From Promethearchaeia archaeon (GTDB lineage Archaea > Asgardarchaeota > Lokiarchaeia > Sigyniarchaeales > SOKP01): a DNA stretch of 64,000 bases. Made by a program: the position numbers and the translations under genes. The notes beneath the pieces were generated by a model. The model did not search any database. It was not told where the DNA came from and saw nothing but the letters and a program-made list of their open reading frames with translations. The stretch lies in contig JAWOCD010000040.1 of the NCBI GenBank assembly GCA_046483985.1, positions 56,409 to 120,408 of the forward strand, written 5' to 3'. Below, piece after piece: positions 17,104 through 26,387 of this stretch; the stretch's first letter is position 1; the number at the start of each line of letters is the position of its first letter.

Positions 17104-18384
17104 ATGAAAGAGAAAATTCCTAAGAATGTACGGTCTCAAATCATATTCATCTCAGTTGCCGCATTAGGCGCCAGCATTTTTTTCTATTTTGAAGGAGGCA
17201 TTTTCAACACTTATATTAACAACATTTTAGGGTTGGAATATTTTTTCATTGCTCTCATGGTAAGTTTATCAGCCATTATGGGGTTAATTTTTACGTTTGT
17301 ATTTGGGGTAATTTCGGATAACACCCGGTCTGAACTAGGACGGAGAAGACCCTATCTCCTTTTTGGAGTTATTGCAGGTATTACAATGATCCTTTATTCA
17401 TTCTCGCCAAGTTATATTTGGTGTCTTATTTTTGATGTGATTATAATTGGTGTGGCAGCAAATGCCTATAATGCAGCTACTAAAGTTATCATTCCAGACG
17501 TGGTCGCCATCCAATACAGAGGGAGAGCAAATGCAATAACTAATCTCACAAAAACCATTGGCGGGCTTATTCCATTAGGTCTTACTTTATTGGCATATGA
17601 ATTTTTTACTGTAGAATCAGAAAGTGGTTTAATTATCTCACAACAAGGATTCTTTTTTCTCCTCTTGTTTGGGGGGGGTTCGTTCATTCTCTGTGCCGTA
17701 ATATCATTTCTTAAGATAAAAGAACCTTTAAGCCCATCGCAATTACCTCCTAGAAAAACCTTTAAACAAGAATTAAAAGAAACATTCAATATAGAAGCAC
17801 TCAAGGAGAATAAGGAAGTCTTTAAAATGATATTAACACTCACCATTTTTAATATAGGTCCTAAAGTGATTTCTATCTACTTATACCTATATATTTTAAG
17901 TTTAGGGTTAGATACCTTATTATTGATATTAGCAGTTGCTGTTCTCGGGCCATTAACATTTCTGTCAACATATTTGGCGGGAAAATTTTCAGACATATAT
18001 GGTCGTAAAAAAGTTGCAATTCCCCTTCTGATTATTTCTGCGATTGGATGCGTTTTCATGCCATTTGCTGGAAGCGGGAACAATGCTATAATTCCTCTTC
18101 TTTTCTTCGGAACCTTTTTTCTATTGCAAGGTATGACCACGGTTAAAGTTCCGATCGATGCTTGGAAACAAGATCTCCTCCCCGAAAATAAACGAGCTCA
18201 ATTTGCTGGCATAATGAATATCGCAAATACTCTCAACCAAATTCCTGCTGCATTTCTTGCTGCAGCAGTTGCTGATACTTTTGGTGTTCAATGGATTTTT
18301 CTCGTAGTTGCCATTTTCTTTGCTATTTCCATCCCCTTCTTCTATAAAATTAATGAAACGTTAATAGAGGACAATTTGAGCTAA
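17104..18384 (+). CDS. MFS transporter (sugar/GPH-like)
   Basis: About 12 TM helices; 'GVISDNTRSELGRRRPY' and 'GKFSDIYGRKK' MFS motif A. Confidence 0.9.
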   Translation: MKEKIPKNVRSQIIFISVAALGASIFFYFEGGIFNTYINNILGLEYFFIALMVSLSAIMGLIFTFVFGVISDNTRSELGRRRPYLLFGVIAGITMILYSFSPSYIWCLIFDVIIIGVAANAYNAATKVIIPDVVAIQYRGRANAITNLTKTIGGLIPLGLTLLAYEFFTVESESGLIISQQGFFFLLLFGGGSFILCAVISFLKIKEPLSPSQLPPRKTFKQELKETFNIEALKENKEVFKMILTLTIFNIGPKVISIYLYLYILSLGLDTLLLILAVAVLGPLTFLSTYLAGKFSDIYGRKKVAIPLLIISAIGCVFMPFAGSGNNAIIPLLFFGTFFLLQGMTTVKVPIDAWKQDLLPENKRAQFAGIMNIANTLNQIPAAFLAAAVADTFGVQWIFLVVAIFFAISIPFFYKINETLIEDNLS

Positions 18385-18512
18385 AGAAGTCCAAGGAAAA
18401 GTTATAATGGGGATACTTTTTTGTCCACTTTTATTTGGACCTTCATAGACTTTTCAAAAAGTTTGTAAGTGAAAAAAGTTCGATTTCTTCTTTAAAAAAA
18501 GAAGGAGAACAA

Positions 18513-18974
18513 TTAGATTATTGGATCCCTATTAGGAGATCGATTTTTGATAGGTTTCAAAACAACACAGACTCTTTCTACACTCTTTATATCGCTCCGT
18601 GCACGAAAGTTTTCTAACAAGGCATCTAATTCATTCATATCGGGTACTCTTACTTTAATTAAAATTCCGCACTCCCCTGCTAAGAAGTAAACCTCCTCAC
18701 ATTGGGGGAGGACCTGCGTCTCACGCAGTAATTCTTTAATTTCGCTGCTGGATTTCGGAATGAGTGTGACAAATGCCATGATACATTTTTCTTCTTCACG
18801 GCAAATATTGATTGTGAACTTTTCGATCACTCCCTTCTCTTGGAGTTTGATCACGCGCTTTCGCACGGTGGACTCCGACAGATCGACTTGCTCGGCAATT
18901 TCTCGATAGGGACGCCGGGAATCCTCGATGAGCATTTCTAATATTTTTTTATCTTTCTTATCTAAATTTTTCAT
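18513..18974 (-). CDS. Lrp/AsnC-family transcriptional regulator
   Basis: 'LDKKDKKILEML..DSRRPYREIA...SESTVRKRV..L...GVI'. Confidence 0.92.
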   Translation of the reverse strand: MKNLDKKDKKILEMLIEDSRRPYREIAEQVDLSESTVRKRVIKLQEKGVIEKFTINICREEEKCIMAFVTLIPKSSSEIKELLRETQVLPQCEEVYFLAGECGILIKVRVPDMNELDALLENFRARSDIKSVERVCVVLKPIKNRSPNRDPII

Positions 18975-19110
18975 ATATTCTCATTCCTCCTTTATTGGTT
19001 CTTATGAAGTTCATATATGATTCTTTTTTGGGTTCCTTTCTATCTTATATAAAAAAAAATTTTAAATTTTTTATTTTTGTGGTTCTCGGGTCTTCCAGAG
19101 ATGTGCATTC

Positions 19111-20049
19111 TTAGAATTCTTTAAGTAAAGGGTCAAAAAGTCGTTCATACTCGACAGCCATACAGTGAATTCCCGCAGCCTTCGTTGTTCTCTTGATTTC
19201 CTTGATAAAGGGTCTGAAAAAGTCCAAATTGATTTGATCAATAGCTTTTTTCTTTGCTTCCTTGTCATCTTTGTAATCTTTCTTGACTTTCTTTAGTGAG
19301 CTCAGTAATTCGTTTGGAACGCTAACACCCGGAATATATTTATCAAAATACCAAGCTATACCGTAAGCTTTCAGCGGGAAGATGCCTAACAATACTGGCA
19401 CGTTGAATTTCTCCAATTCCTTCAAAAACTCCTTCGCCTCGTCAATATCAAACGCAGTTTGCGTCTGAATGAAATCCACACCTAAATCTACTTTCCGAGC
19501 CACCTTAAGAATCTCTGGGGCCCGCGGCTTGCTGTTGGGGTTCGCCACGCAGCCAACGTTCATCTCAACACTCCCACCTTTAATTTCATTTCCCTCAAGA
19601 TCCGTTCCTTCATCTATGATCTTATTGAGCAATTCCAGGAATTGTGTGCTGTCGAGGTCATATACAGCTCTTCCTCGTTTATGGTCGCCAAGGGCCGTAT
19701 GATCTCCAGTAAGGGTAAGTATATTTTTTATTCCAAGTGTTGCCGCTCCCAATATATCTCCGAAAAGCGCCACCCGATTTCTATCGCGAACCGTCACTTG
19801 CCAGACCGTTTCTATGCCCACTTCCTCTTGTACCTTATAACTCGGGACCATCGAACACATGTATGCGTCGCCTTGGGGACCGTCTGTCACATTTACCGCA
19901 GTGATTTGCCCTGAGTCTTTCATCTTCTCTGCTGACTCGAGTATTTCGCTGAGATCCATAATCTTTTTTGGTTCCAACTCTCCTGTGAAGGTAAATTTTC
20001 CATCTCGGAGCGATTTCATCAATTGAGAATATGCTGGCCGTTTAGCCAT
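19111..20049 (-). CDS. metF: Methylenetetrahydrofolate reductase catalytic subunit (copy 2)
   Basis: Same MTHFR motifs as copy 1 (GELEP, NVTD, RDRNR, LTGDH, QTQ, GIHCM); start reassigned to ATG 20049 (MAKRP), overlapping the metV stop. Confidence 0.9.
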   Translation of the reverse strand: MAKRPAYSQLMKSLRDGKFTFTGELEPKKIMDLSEILESAEKMKDSGQITAVNVTDGPQGDAYMCSMVPSYKVQEEVGIETVWQVTVRDRNRVALFGDILGAATLGIKNILTLTGDHTALGDHKRGRAVYDLDSTQFLELLNKIIDEGTDLEGNEIKGGSVEMNVGCVANPNSKPRAPEILKVARKVDLGVDFIQTQTAFDIDEAKEFLKELEKFNVPVLLGIFPLKAYGIAWYFDKYIPGVSVPNELLSSLKKVKKDYKDDKEAKKKAIDQINLDFFRPFIKEIKRTTKAAGIHCMAVEYERLFDPLLKEF

Positions 20050-20755
20050 GTTCCTTCCCCTCCTGCTGCTCTTTTTGGATCTGCTCAAAGGGTTTATTAA
20101 TTTCAATAAACGAAGGGCTGGTTCGAAGCCGGTAATCTCGCGGCGATCGATATTTCCTAAACAAATCGAGCCTGTCAAACTTTTTGAGCCGTTCATAAAT
20201 TTTTACCCACGCACATTCGTGTTCGTAACCACCCACCTCGCACATGCCGTCTACTTGGCCTCCACAAGGTCCGTTACTGAGATGCTTTGCGCATCCCGCC
20301 ATGGGACAAATACCACCCGTTTCCGCCAGAATACATTCCCCGCAAGATTCACAGTATTCCACGAAGGTATTTTCTCCTTTATTTTCGGCACCGCCAAACA
20401 TACTATCTTGCGCCGGAAAGGTTAAAATATCCTTCAAGACGCGATTCATCATAACCACGCCGAGCCCGCACGCTAAAGATACGATGGCATCGTAATCCAC
20501 CACATGAGGACTCACCGTACTGGCCACAATCCGATCATCGCATTGCCGCAGCACTGTAATCGATTTCCACTCCAAGTCATTTCCTTCGGTCTTGGCTTTC
20601 AATTCCAAGAGTTGCCCAAGCACCTTCGCCTCATTAATCGAGCGGGGAGGCTGACAGCAGCCGTCACAGCCCGCAATCAGTATCTTGTCGTACGGTTCAA
20701 TCATCCGATAAATTTTGTCTACTTCCTTTTGTTGAGTAATTATCAAATTATTCAC
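20042..20755 (-). CDS. metV: MetV-type subunit (copy 2)
   Basis: 'GCDGCC', 'CESCGEC...GGICPMAGCAKHLSNGPCGG...CEV...CAW'. Confidence 0.88.
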   Translation of the reverse strand: MNNLIITQQKEVDKIYRMIEPYDKILIAGCDGCCQPPRSINEAKVLGQLLELKAKTEGNDLEWKSITVLRQCDDRIVASTVSPHVVDYDAIVSLACGLGVVMMNRVLKDILTFPAQDSMFGGAENKGENTFVEYCESCGECILAETGGICPMAGCAKHLSNGPCGGQVDGMCEVGGYEHECAWVKIYERLKKFDRLDLFRKYRSPRDYRLRTSPSFIEINKPFEQIQKEQQEGKEHG

Positions 20756-20858
20756 CTTATATGCAATTCATTTTTTTTTTTTTTTTCTTTCCTTCAATTT
20801 GGTTTATTATTTTAAATTTGAATTTGTTTAATTTGCAGTTAAAAAAAATTATTGGTAA

Positions 20859-21740
20859 TTAGGTTTTTAATTTTTCCATCAATTTTGTTGGTCGAATACT
20901 GCGCTTCATCAAGTTTAATTTGTCAACATCTATGCCTAAGGCTATTGCCATGATTTCCGGCAAATATAACACGGGAATGTCAAGATCGCGTTCTGATTTC
21001 CTGGATAACATACGCTCCTTTCGATCATACTGGGTAATGCACGCTGGACAGACCGCTATGAGAGCGTCAATTTCTTGCTCTAGCATGACCAGTTCGGTCA
21101 TTTTCTCTTCAACTAATTCCTCTCCAATTTCATCTTGTAATCGGGCACAGTAACCGCAGCATTCTAATTTTGTTGCAAAATCAATAGTGTTGCCCCCTAA
21201 TTGATCCATAATGATATCAATTTTTTCCGGGCGTTCCGGATCATCAAATTGCATGATTTCACTTGGTCGAATCAAGTGGCACCCATAGTGCACCGCAAAG
21301 TTGAACTCGTCTAAGGGGCGAACGATATTTTCTTTAATGGTTTCAAGCCATTCCGGTTGACTGAAAAGTTCTACAAAATGCCATACCTTGGTGGTACCTT
21401 TATACTCATAGTTGATATTACTGAGGATCTCGTTTACCATATTAAATTTCTCCTTATTCTCATGCAACAGAACTTCCACAGTCTTAAGGGTCTCATAACA
21501 TCCCGAACAAATGGTCATCACATCTAAGCCCATTTGCTCCGCCAATGCCAAGTTACGTGCACCCATGGTTAACCACGCATCGACATTAAGCGATTGCATG
21601 GCAACCGGCTCGGGACAGCAGCTGGCACCTTCTATCTCCTGCATTTCCACACCTAAGACCTTTGAGACCTCTCGAAATGCCTTTTCCAGGTGCGGCATCT
21701 TTAATGGGATGGTACAACCCAAGAATAATGCAAATTCCAT
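20859..21740 (-). CDS. hdrB: Heterodisulfide reductase subunit B
   Basis: Two CCG-type domains: 'FLGC...SCCP...CSGC' and 'HYGCH...ECCG...CPAC'. Confidence 0.93.
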   Translation of the reverse strand: MEFALFLGCTIPLKMPHLEKAFREVSKVLGVEMQEIEGASCCPEPVAMQSLNVDAWLTMGARNLALAEQMGLDVMTICSGCYETLKTVEVLLHENKEKFNMVNEILSNINYEYKGTTKVWHFVELFSQPEWLETIKENIVRPLDEFNFAVHYGCHLIRPSEIMQFDDPERPEKIDIIMDQLGGNTIDFATKLECCGYCARLQDEIGEELVEEKMTELVMLEQEIDALIAVCPACITQYDRKERMLSRKSERDLDIPVLYLPEIMAIALGIDVDKLNLMKRSIRPTKLMEKLKT

Positions 21741-22282
21741 TAGTCATCTCCCTCCTTTTCATGTTTTTGGGCTATCATATCTTTTAATCCCGTTTTCTCC
21801 AGAATATAGTTTATATCATCCAAATTAGGCGCTGATATTTTTGGCAAACCCATATTTTCCCGCCTTCGGTTGATATTTTTCTTCATGCGACCTGTAAAAG
21901 GCACAACAAATCCATTTTCGCTGATCACATCGACGGTCCCCGAATATTCATCCGGAATTCTGCCTTCTTCAGCCGCCAAATTCCGAAGTAAGGCCAAGAT
22001 AAACGAATAATCAACTCCCTTGGGGCAACGTTCCGTACAGCGATGACACAAGGAACAGGTCCAAACGGATTGACTGGATAACACCTCATCTTTTAATCCC
22101 AAAAGACACGATGCTACCACCCGATGGGGTTGCATATCCACATACTCGGTGACCGTGCAACCCGAACTACATACGCCGCATTGAATGCATTTCAAAAGCG
22201 TTTTCGCACCAACCTTTTCGGCAACTTCATACCGAAAATCTTTATCTAAGTCCTTATCCTTTTTAAATAATTGTTCTGACAT
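21740..22282 (-). CDS. hdrC: Heterodisulfide reductase subunit C
   Basis: CIQCGVCSSGC and WTCSLCHRCTERCP; abuts hdrB. Confidence 0.93.
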   Translation of the reverse strand: MSEQLFKKDKDLDKDFRYEVAEKVGAKTLLKCIQCGVCSSGCTVTEYVDMQPHRVVASCLLGLKDEVLSSQSVWTCSLCHRCTERCPKGVDYSFILALLRNLAAEEGRIPDEYSGTVDVISENGFVVPFTGRMKKNINRRRENMGLPKISAPNLDDINYILEKTGLKDMIAQKHEKEGDD

Positions 22283-22293
22283 TTTTTCTCACT

Positions 22294-25200
22294 TCAAACA
22301 GAAACTGTTTTTTCCTCCTTTTGTTCTTTTTCTTTGATATTTTTTTCCTCTTCCAAGGCAAGTTTATCGCCGAATTTCTCATGGTCAGAGAGAGGCCCAA
22401 TTTCTTTAATCTGGTTCACAAAATCCGTGACCACTTGGGCGAAGCGTTTGCCTTCACTCGCAGATACCCACTCAATTCGTAATCGATCTGGATTTATCCC
22501 CACTTTATCTAATATCTCATGCAAGTCACGATATCGGCGGAGGGTATCATAATTACCCTCTAAATAATGGCAATCGCCAATGTGACAACCTCCAATCAAT
22601 ATTCCATCGGCACCTTCTAAAAAGGCTTGAAGTATGTAACTTTTTGGGATACGTCCTGAGCACATCACCCGAATTGGCCTAATATTAGTTGGATATTGGA
22701 ATCGGCTGACTCCGCATGTATCTGCACCAGCATAACTACACCAATTACATAAAAAGGCAATAATGCGTGGGCGCTCATCCACAAATTCTCCTTTTACCGC
22801 CTCTTGAACCATAGGAATCAATTGTTCATCGGCAAAGTGTGACATCGTAATAGCTCCAGCAGGGCATGCAGCCGCACAATCCCCACAGCCTTTACAGAGC
22901 AATGGATTTGATTCAGAGACTAACACTTCCTTTTCAAAATTCACACCGATGGCTCCGAAGTTGCATACTTCTTCACAGCGCTGACATGCAATACATTTCG
23001 ATGGATCAACCACAGAGACTAAAGGCTCATTTTCGACCATCCCCGTGATAAGGGGGATGAGCGCATGAGCTGCCGCCGCTCTGGCTTGTGAAATTGAATC
23101 GGCAATACTCTTAGGTCCGTGGGCAGTACCTGCCAAGAATATTCCGTCTGTTGCAAAATCAACGGGCCGAAGTTTAATATGAGCTTCTAAGAAAAATCCA
23201 TTCTCATCACGAGGAACCTTTAATAACTCCGAAAGCAATTTAGTATCATATGGAATCAAGGGTGTAGATAAAACCACTCTATTAGCTTCAATATCCAAGT
23301 TTGTTTGTGTAAGAATATCCTTTACTGATACTGTGAATGTGCCATTATTGCGCTCAACTTCAGGATACTCATTAAAGCGCAAATAATTGATCTTTTCCCG
23401 CGCATCCCAGTAGTATTGTTCTTCATCCGTACCTACCCGAATATCCCGATAAAGAACATAGATTTCCGAATTCGGGTAATTTTCCTTAACATATAATGCA
23501 TGCCGAATCGATTCCGAACAACAAATGAGGGAACAATACGGAACGCCTTTTTCGGGGTCGGTTTGACGTGACCCGACACAATGTATAAAGACTAATGTTT
23601 CTCCATCTTGTAACTCTTCATTCCTTAATTTTTCTGAGAGTTCTAATTGTGTCATAACGGTATCTTCTGTTCCTTCTTCGCCATAGTGATACCAGCCTTT
23701 TGGCTTATATTCATGGGCGCCTGTTGCTACGATGATAACGCCCGTATTAATTGCAGTAACCTCGTCTGAGGATTTATCGTATATTTTAATGTTAAAATCT
23801 CCAATGGATCCCTTTACATCCTTCACTTTTGAGTTTAGATATGTTGTAATGTTGTCATATGCTTTATATTTCTCTAACTCTTGCGCGAGAAATTCACGGG
23901 AATTAATCCGATCAAAATTAATGCGATAGATCAAATTTAACTGACCGCCTAATTTTTCATCTTTTTCTACTAAATGCACTTTATAGCCTTTATCTGCAAT
24001 CTCCATGGCAGCAGTTATGCCCGCAATTCCTCCGCCAATTACTAGGGCTTCAGGGATTACTTCTCCCTTAATCGGTGTTTCAGGTTTTAAAAAGCGAGCA
24101 CGAGCGACTCCCATGCGAATTAAGTCCTTAGCCTTGTCGGTTGCCTTTTCTTCATTGTTCATATGAACCCATGAGTCCATCTCACGAATACTAACGAAAT
24201 TAAATAAATATTCGTTCAGTCCAGCTTCCCGAATAGTCTTTTGAAATAGGGGCTCATGTGTTCGGGGAGTACATGCAGCCACCACTACCCGATTTAAATC
24301 CAATTCCTTAATTTTCTCCTTGATAATATCTTGGGTCAGACTGGAACAGCTATATTTATTATGCATTGAAAATACAACATCAGGGAGTGTTTCTGAGTAG
24401 TCCACAATCTCGGGAATATCCATATATCCTCCGATATTGATCCCACACTCACAGACAAATACTCCTATTCGTGGTTTCTCTTTTTCCTTTACTGTTTTTA
24501 AAGGAGGAAGTTCTACCTTTTGTTCCTCTTCGCTTAATGGTTCTGCGTGTAATGCCGCTAACGCTGCAGCACCTCCAGCTTTTGCAACGGAATTAGCAAT
24601 ATCATCTGGACTTTGACAAGACCCCGTTACATAAATTCCCTCCCTCGTGGAACGCAGATCCTCCGTGGAATCTTTAGTCTGAAAGAATCCAAGCGGATTG
24701 GTTTGAATACCTAAAATTTTTGCTAGTTCTTCAGTCCCAGCTCGCGGTACAACGGCATTCGCTAATACAACCAAATCAAACCGGCTGGTTTCTACCTCCC
24801 CCGTATCTAAATTTGCGTGTTTTACGAGAACGTCTCGAGCTTCGGGATCTTCACGCACATCTCCCGGAATCCCGTGATTGTATTTCAACCCGTATTCATT
24901 TTTTGCACGTTCAATAAATTTTTCTTGATTCTTACCAATTACCCTTGTATCGTTATAGAAAATTGTAACCTCGGTTTCGGGAGAATGCTCTCTGGTGACG
25001 ACTCCCTCCTTGGCCATATACATGCAACAAAATTTAGAGCAGTAAGCACATAAAGATTCATTTCGTGATCCAACACAACCCACAAATGCCACATTTTGAA
25101 CATGCTTATCATCGGAAGGTCGTATAAGTTCGCCTCCAGTCGGTCCTGAGGCACTCAACAATCGTTCATATTGCATTGCTGTAATGACATTCGGATATTC

Positions 25201-25830
25201 CTCATAATGATAACGAGCCAGAACCGAAGGATCTAAGAGATCATAACCCGTCGCAACTATGACCGAAGCCACATTATATTCAATGATTTCATCTTCCATC
25301 TCGAAATTAATTGCGTCTGCTTCGCATTCCTCTAAACAAAGCTGACATGCGCCCTTGGTTAAGTAAAGGCAATTCTCTTCATCAATCGTTGCTTTTCTCG
25401 GCACGGCTTGCGGAAAGGGTATATAAATCGCTTCCCGATTCCCCATTCCCTCTTCAAATTCATTAGGTATTTTTTTCATCGGGCATTTGGCCGAACATTG
25501 TCCACATCCAGTACATTTATTCCAATCAACGAAGCGTGCTTTTTTTAGTATCTTTACTCCAAAATTACCTACTTTTCCAGATACTTCTTGGACTTCAGAA
25601 TATGTCAATAACTCAATATTTGGATGACGAGCAACCTCCACCATTTTTGGCGCAAGAATGCAAATTGAACAGTCAAGCGTTGGAAAAGTTTTATCTAACT
25701 GAGCCATCCGTCCTCCAATTGAGGGAGACTTCTCAACTAGGATCACTCGATATCCTTGATCCCCCAGCGTAAGGGCAGCTTCAATTCCTGATATTCCGCC
25801 TCCGATTATTAATATATTATTATTTGCCAT
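22294..25830 (-). CDS. hdrA: Large HdrA (two FAD-binding modules) fused to C-terminal MvhD
   Basis: Two GGGIxG dinucleotide motifs, 'KTFPTLDCSICIL', ferredoxin inserts, 'EAHIKLRPV'; C-terminal 'IIAFLCNWCSYAGAD...RVMCSGR...GGCHIGDCHY...SASEG' MvhD domain. Confidence 0.93.
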   Translation of the reverse strand: MANNNILIIGGGISGIEAALTLGDQGYRVILVEKSPSIGGRMAQLDKTFPTLDCSICILAPKMVEVARHPNIELLTYSEVQEVSGKVGNFGVKILKKARFVDWNKCTGCGQCSAKCPMKKIPNEFEEGMGNREAIYIPFPQAVPRKATIDEENCLYLTKGACQLCLEECEADAINFEMEDEIIEYNVASVIVATGYDLLDPSVLARYHYEEYPNVITAMQYERLLSASGPTGGELIRPSDDKHVQNVAFVGCVGSRNESLCAYCSKFCCMYMAKEGVVTREHSPETEVTIFYNDTRVIGKNQEKFIERAKNEYGLKYNHGIPGDVREDPEARDVLVKHANLDTGEVETSRFDLVVLANAVVPRAGTEELAKILGIQTNPLGFFQTKDSTEDLRSTREGIYVTGSCQSPDDIANSVAKAGGAAALAALHAEPLSEEEQKVELPPLKTVKEKEKPRIGVFVCECGINIGGYMDIPEIVDYSETLPDVVFSMHNKYSCSSLTQDIIKEKIKELDLNRVVVAACTPRTHEPLFQKTIREAGLNEYLFNFVSIREMDSWVHMNNEEKATDKAKDLIRMGVARARFLKPETPIKGEVIPEALVIGGGIAGITAAMEIADKGYKVHLVEKDEKLGGQLNLIYRINFDRINSREFLAQELEKYKAYDNITTYLNSKVKDVKGSIGDFNIKIYDKSSDEVTAINTGVIIVATGAHEYKPKGWYHYGEEGTEDTVMTQLELSEKLRNEELQDGETLVFIHCVGSRQTDPEKGVPYCSLICCSESIRHALYVKENYPNSEIYVLYRDIRVGTDEEQYYWDAREKINYLRFNEYPEVERNNGTFTVSVKDILTQTNLDIEANRVVLSTPLIPYDTKLLSELLKVPRDENGFFLEAHIKLRPVDFATDGIFLAGTAHGPKSIADSISQARAAAAHALIPLITGMVENEPLVSVVDPSKCIACQRCEEVCNFGAIGVNFEKEVLVSESNPLLCKGCGDCAAACPAGAITMSHFADEQLIPMVQEAVKGEFVDERPRIIAFLCNWCSYAGADTCGVSRFQYPTNIRPIRVMCSGRIPKSYILQAFLEGADGILIGGCHIGDCHYLEGNYDTLRRYRDLHEILDKVGINPDRLRIEWVSASEGKRFAQVVTDFVNQIKEIGPLSDHEKFGDKLALEEEKNIKEKEQKEEKTVSV

Positions 25831-26387
25831 TTTTAATCATTTTTTTGAATTATTATTCCAATTTTGATTATATTATCTAAAACAATGTGTTTTTTACTGA
25901 TTTTTTGTGGAATCCGATATTTCACCAATGTAATAACGATTAATTCCAGTAAAAATTATTTACCAATATTTAGATGTGATAAATTCATATATAAATCTTG
26001 TGTATTTTTAAGGTTTTCGTCATTCTTGTTCGAAAAAGATCAGAAAAAGTGATAATTTGATCATAAAAAATTATATGATATAAGAAAAAATTAGGAAAAT
26101 CAGAATGTGGGGACGAATTTTTCCATAACAGTAAAAAAATTGAAATTCTCTACTATTTTTAAAATCCTTAAGTAAGTAAACTGATATGCATCCTAATTCA
26201 AATGTTAAACATTTTTCAACGTAAACCATTCTATTAAAAAAGAAAAGTGTTTCATTTGAAATTTGTTTAGGGAAATCAATTGAAAGTGAATCCTATTCAC
26301 TAAACAGAAAACTTTTAAAACTATTTTCATTAATTTTATTGTAAAACTAAAAAATGTTTGATTATCAAATGATGGTTGATTAAAAAA

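Noticed and set aside
20050-20196. 49-aa N-terminal extension of MetF copy 2 in the ORF track
   Set aside because: Overlaps metV in another frame; alignment with MetF copy 1 supports a start at 20049.
22294-25830. Selenocysteine recoding in HdrA/MvhD (known Sec families in Lokiarchaeia)
   Set aside because: The ORF is uninterrupted with Cys at the motif positions; no in-frame UGA is needed. The DGC and hgcB genes are also complete without readthrough.
26014-26036. TTTTCG-N11-CGAAAA inverted repeat upstream of hdrA with similar half-sites upstream of metV copy 1 (2911-2957)
   Set aside because: Spacing differs between the two sites (11 versus more than 30 nt) and half-sites are low complexity; not enough to call a shared operator.
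26197-26211. 15-nt match (TTCAAATGTTAAACA) between the end and flank of the 14466 element and the hdrA/pckG intergenic region, suggesting a guide-RNA target
   Set aside because: Five of the matching bases belong to the element end rather than the guide, only ~10 guide nt match, no TAM-like motif precedes it, and the sequence is AT-rich.
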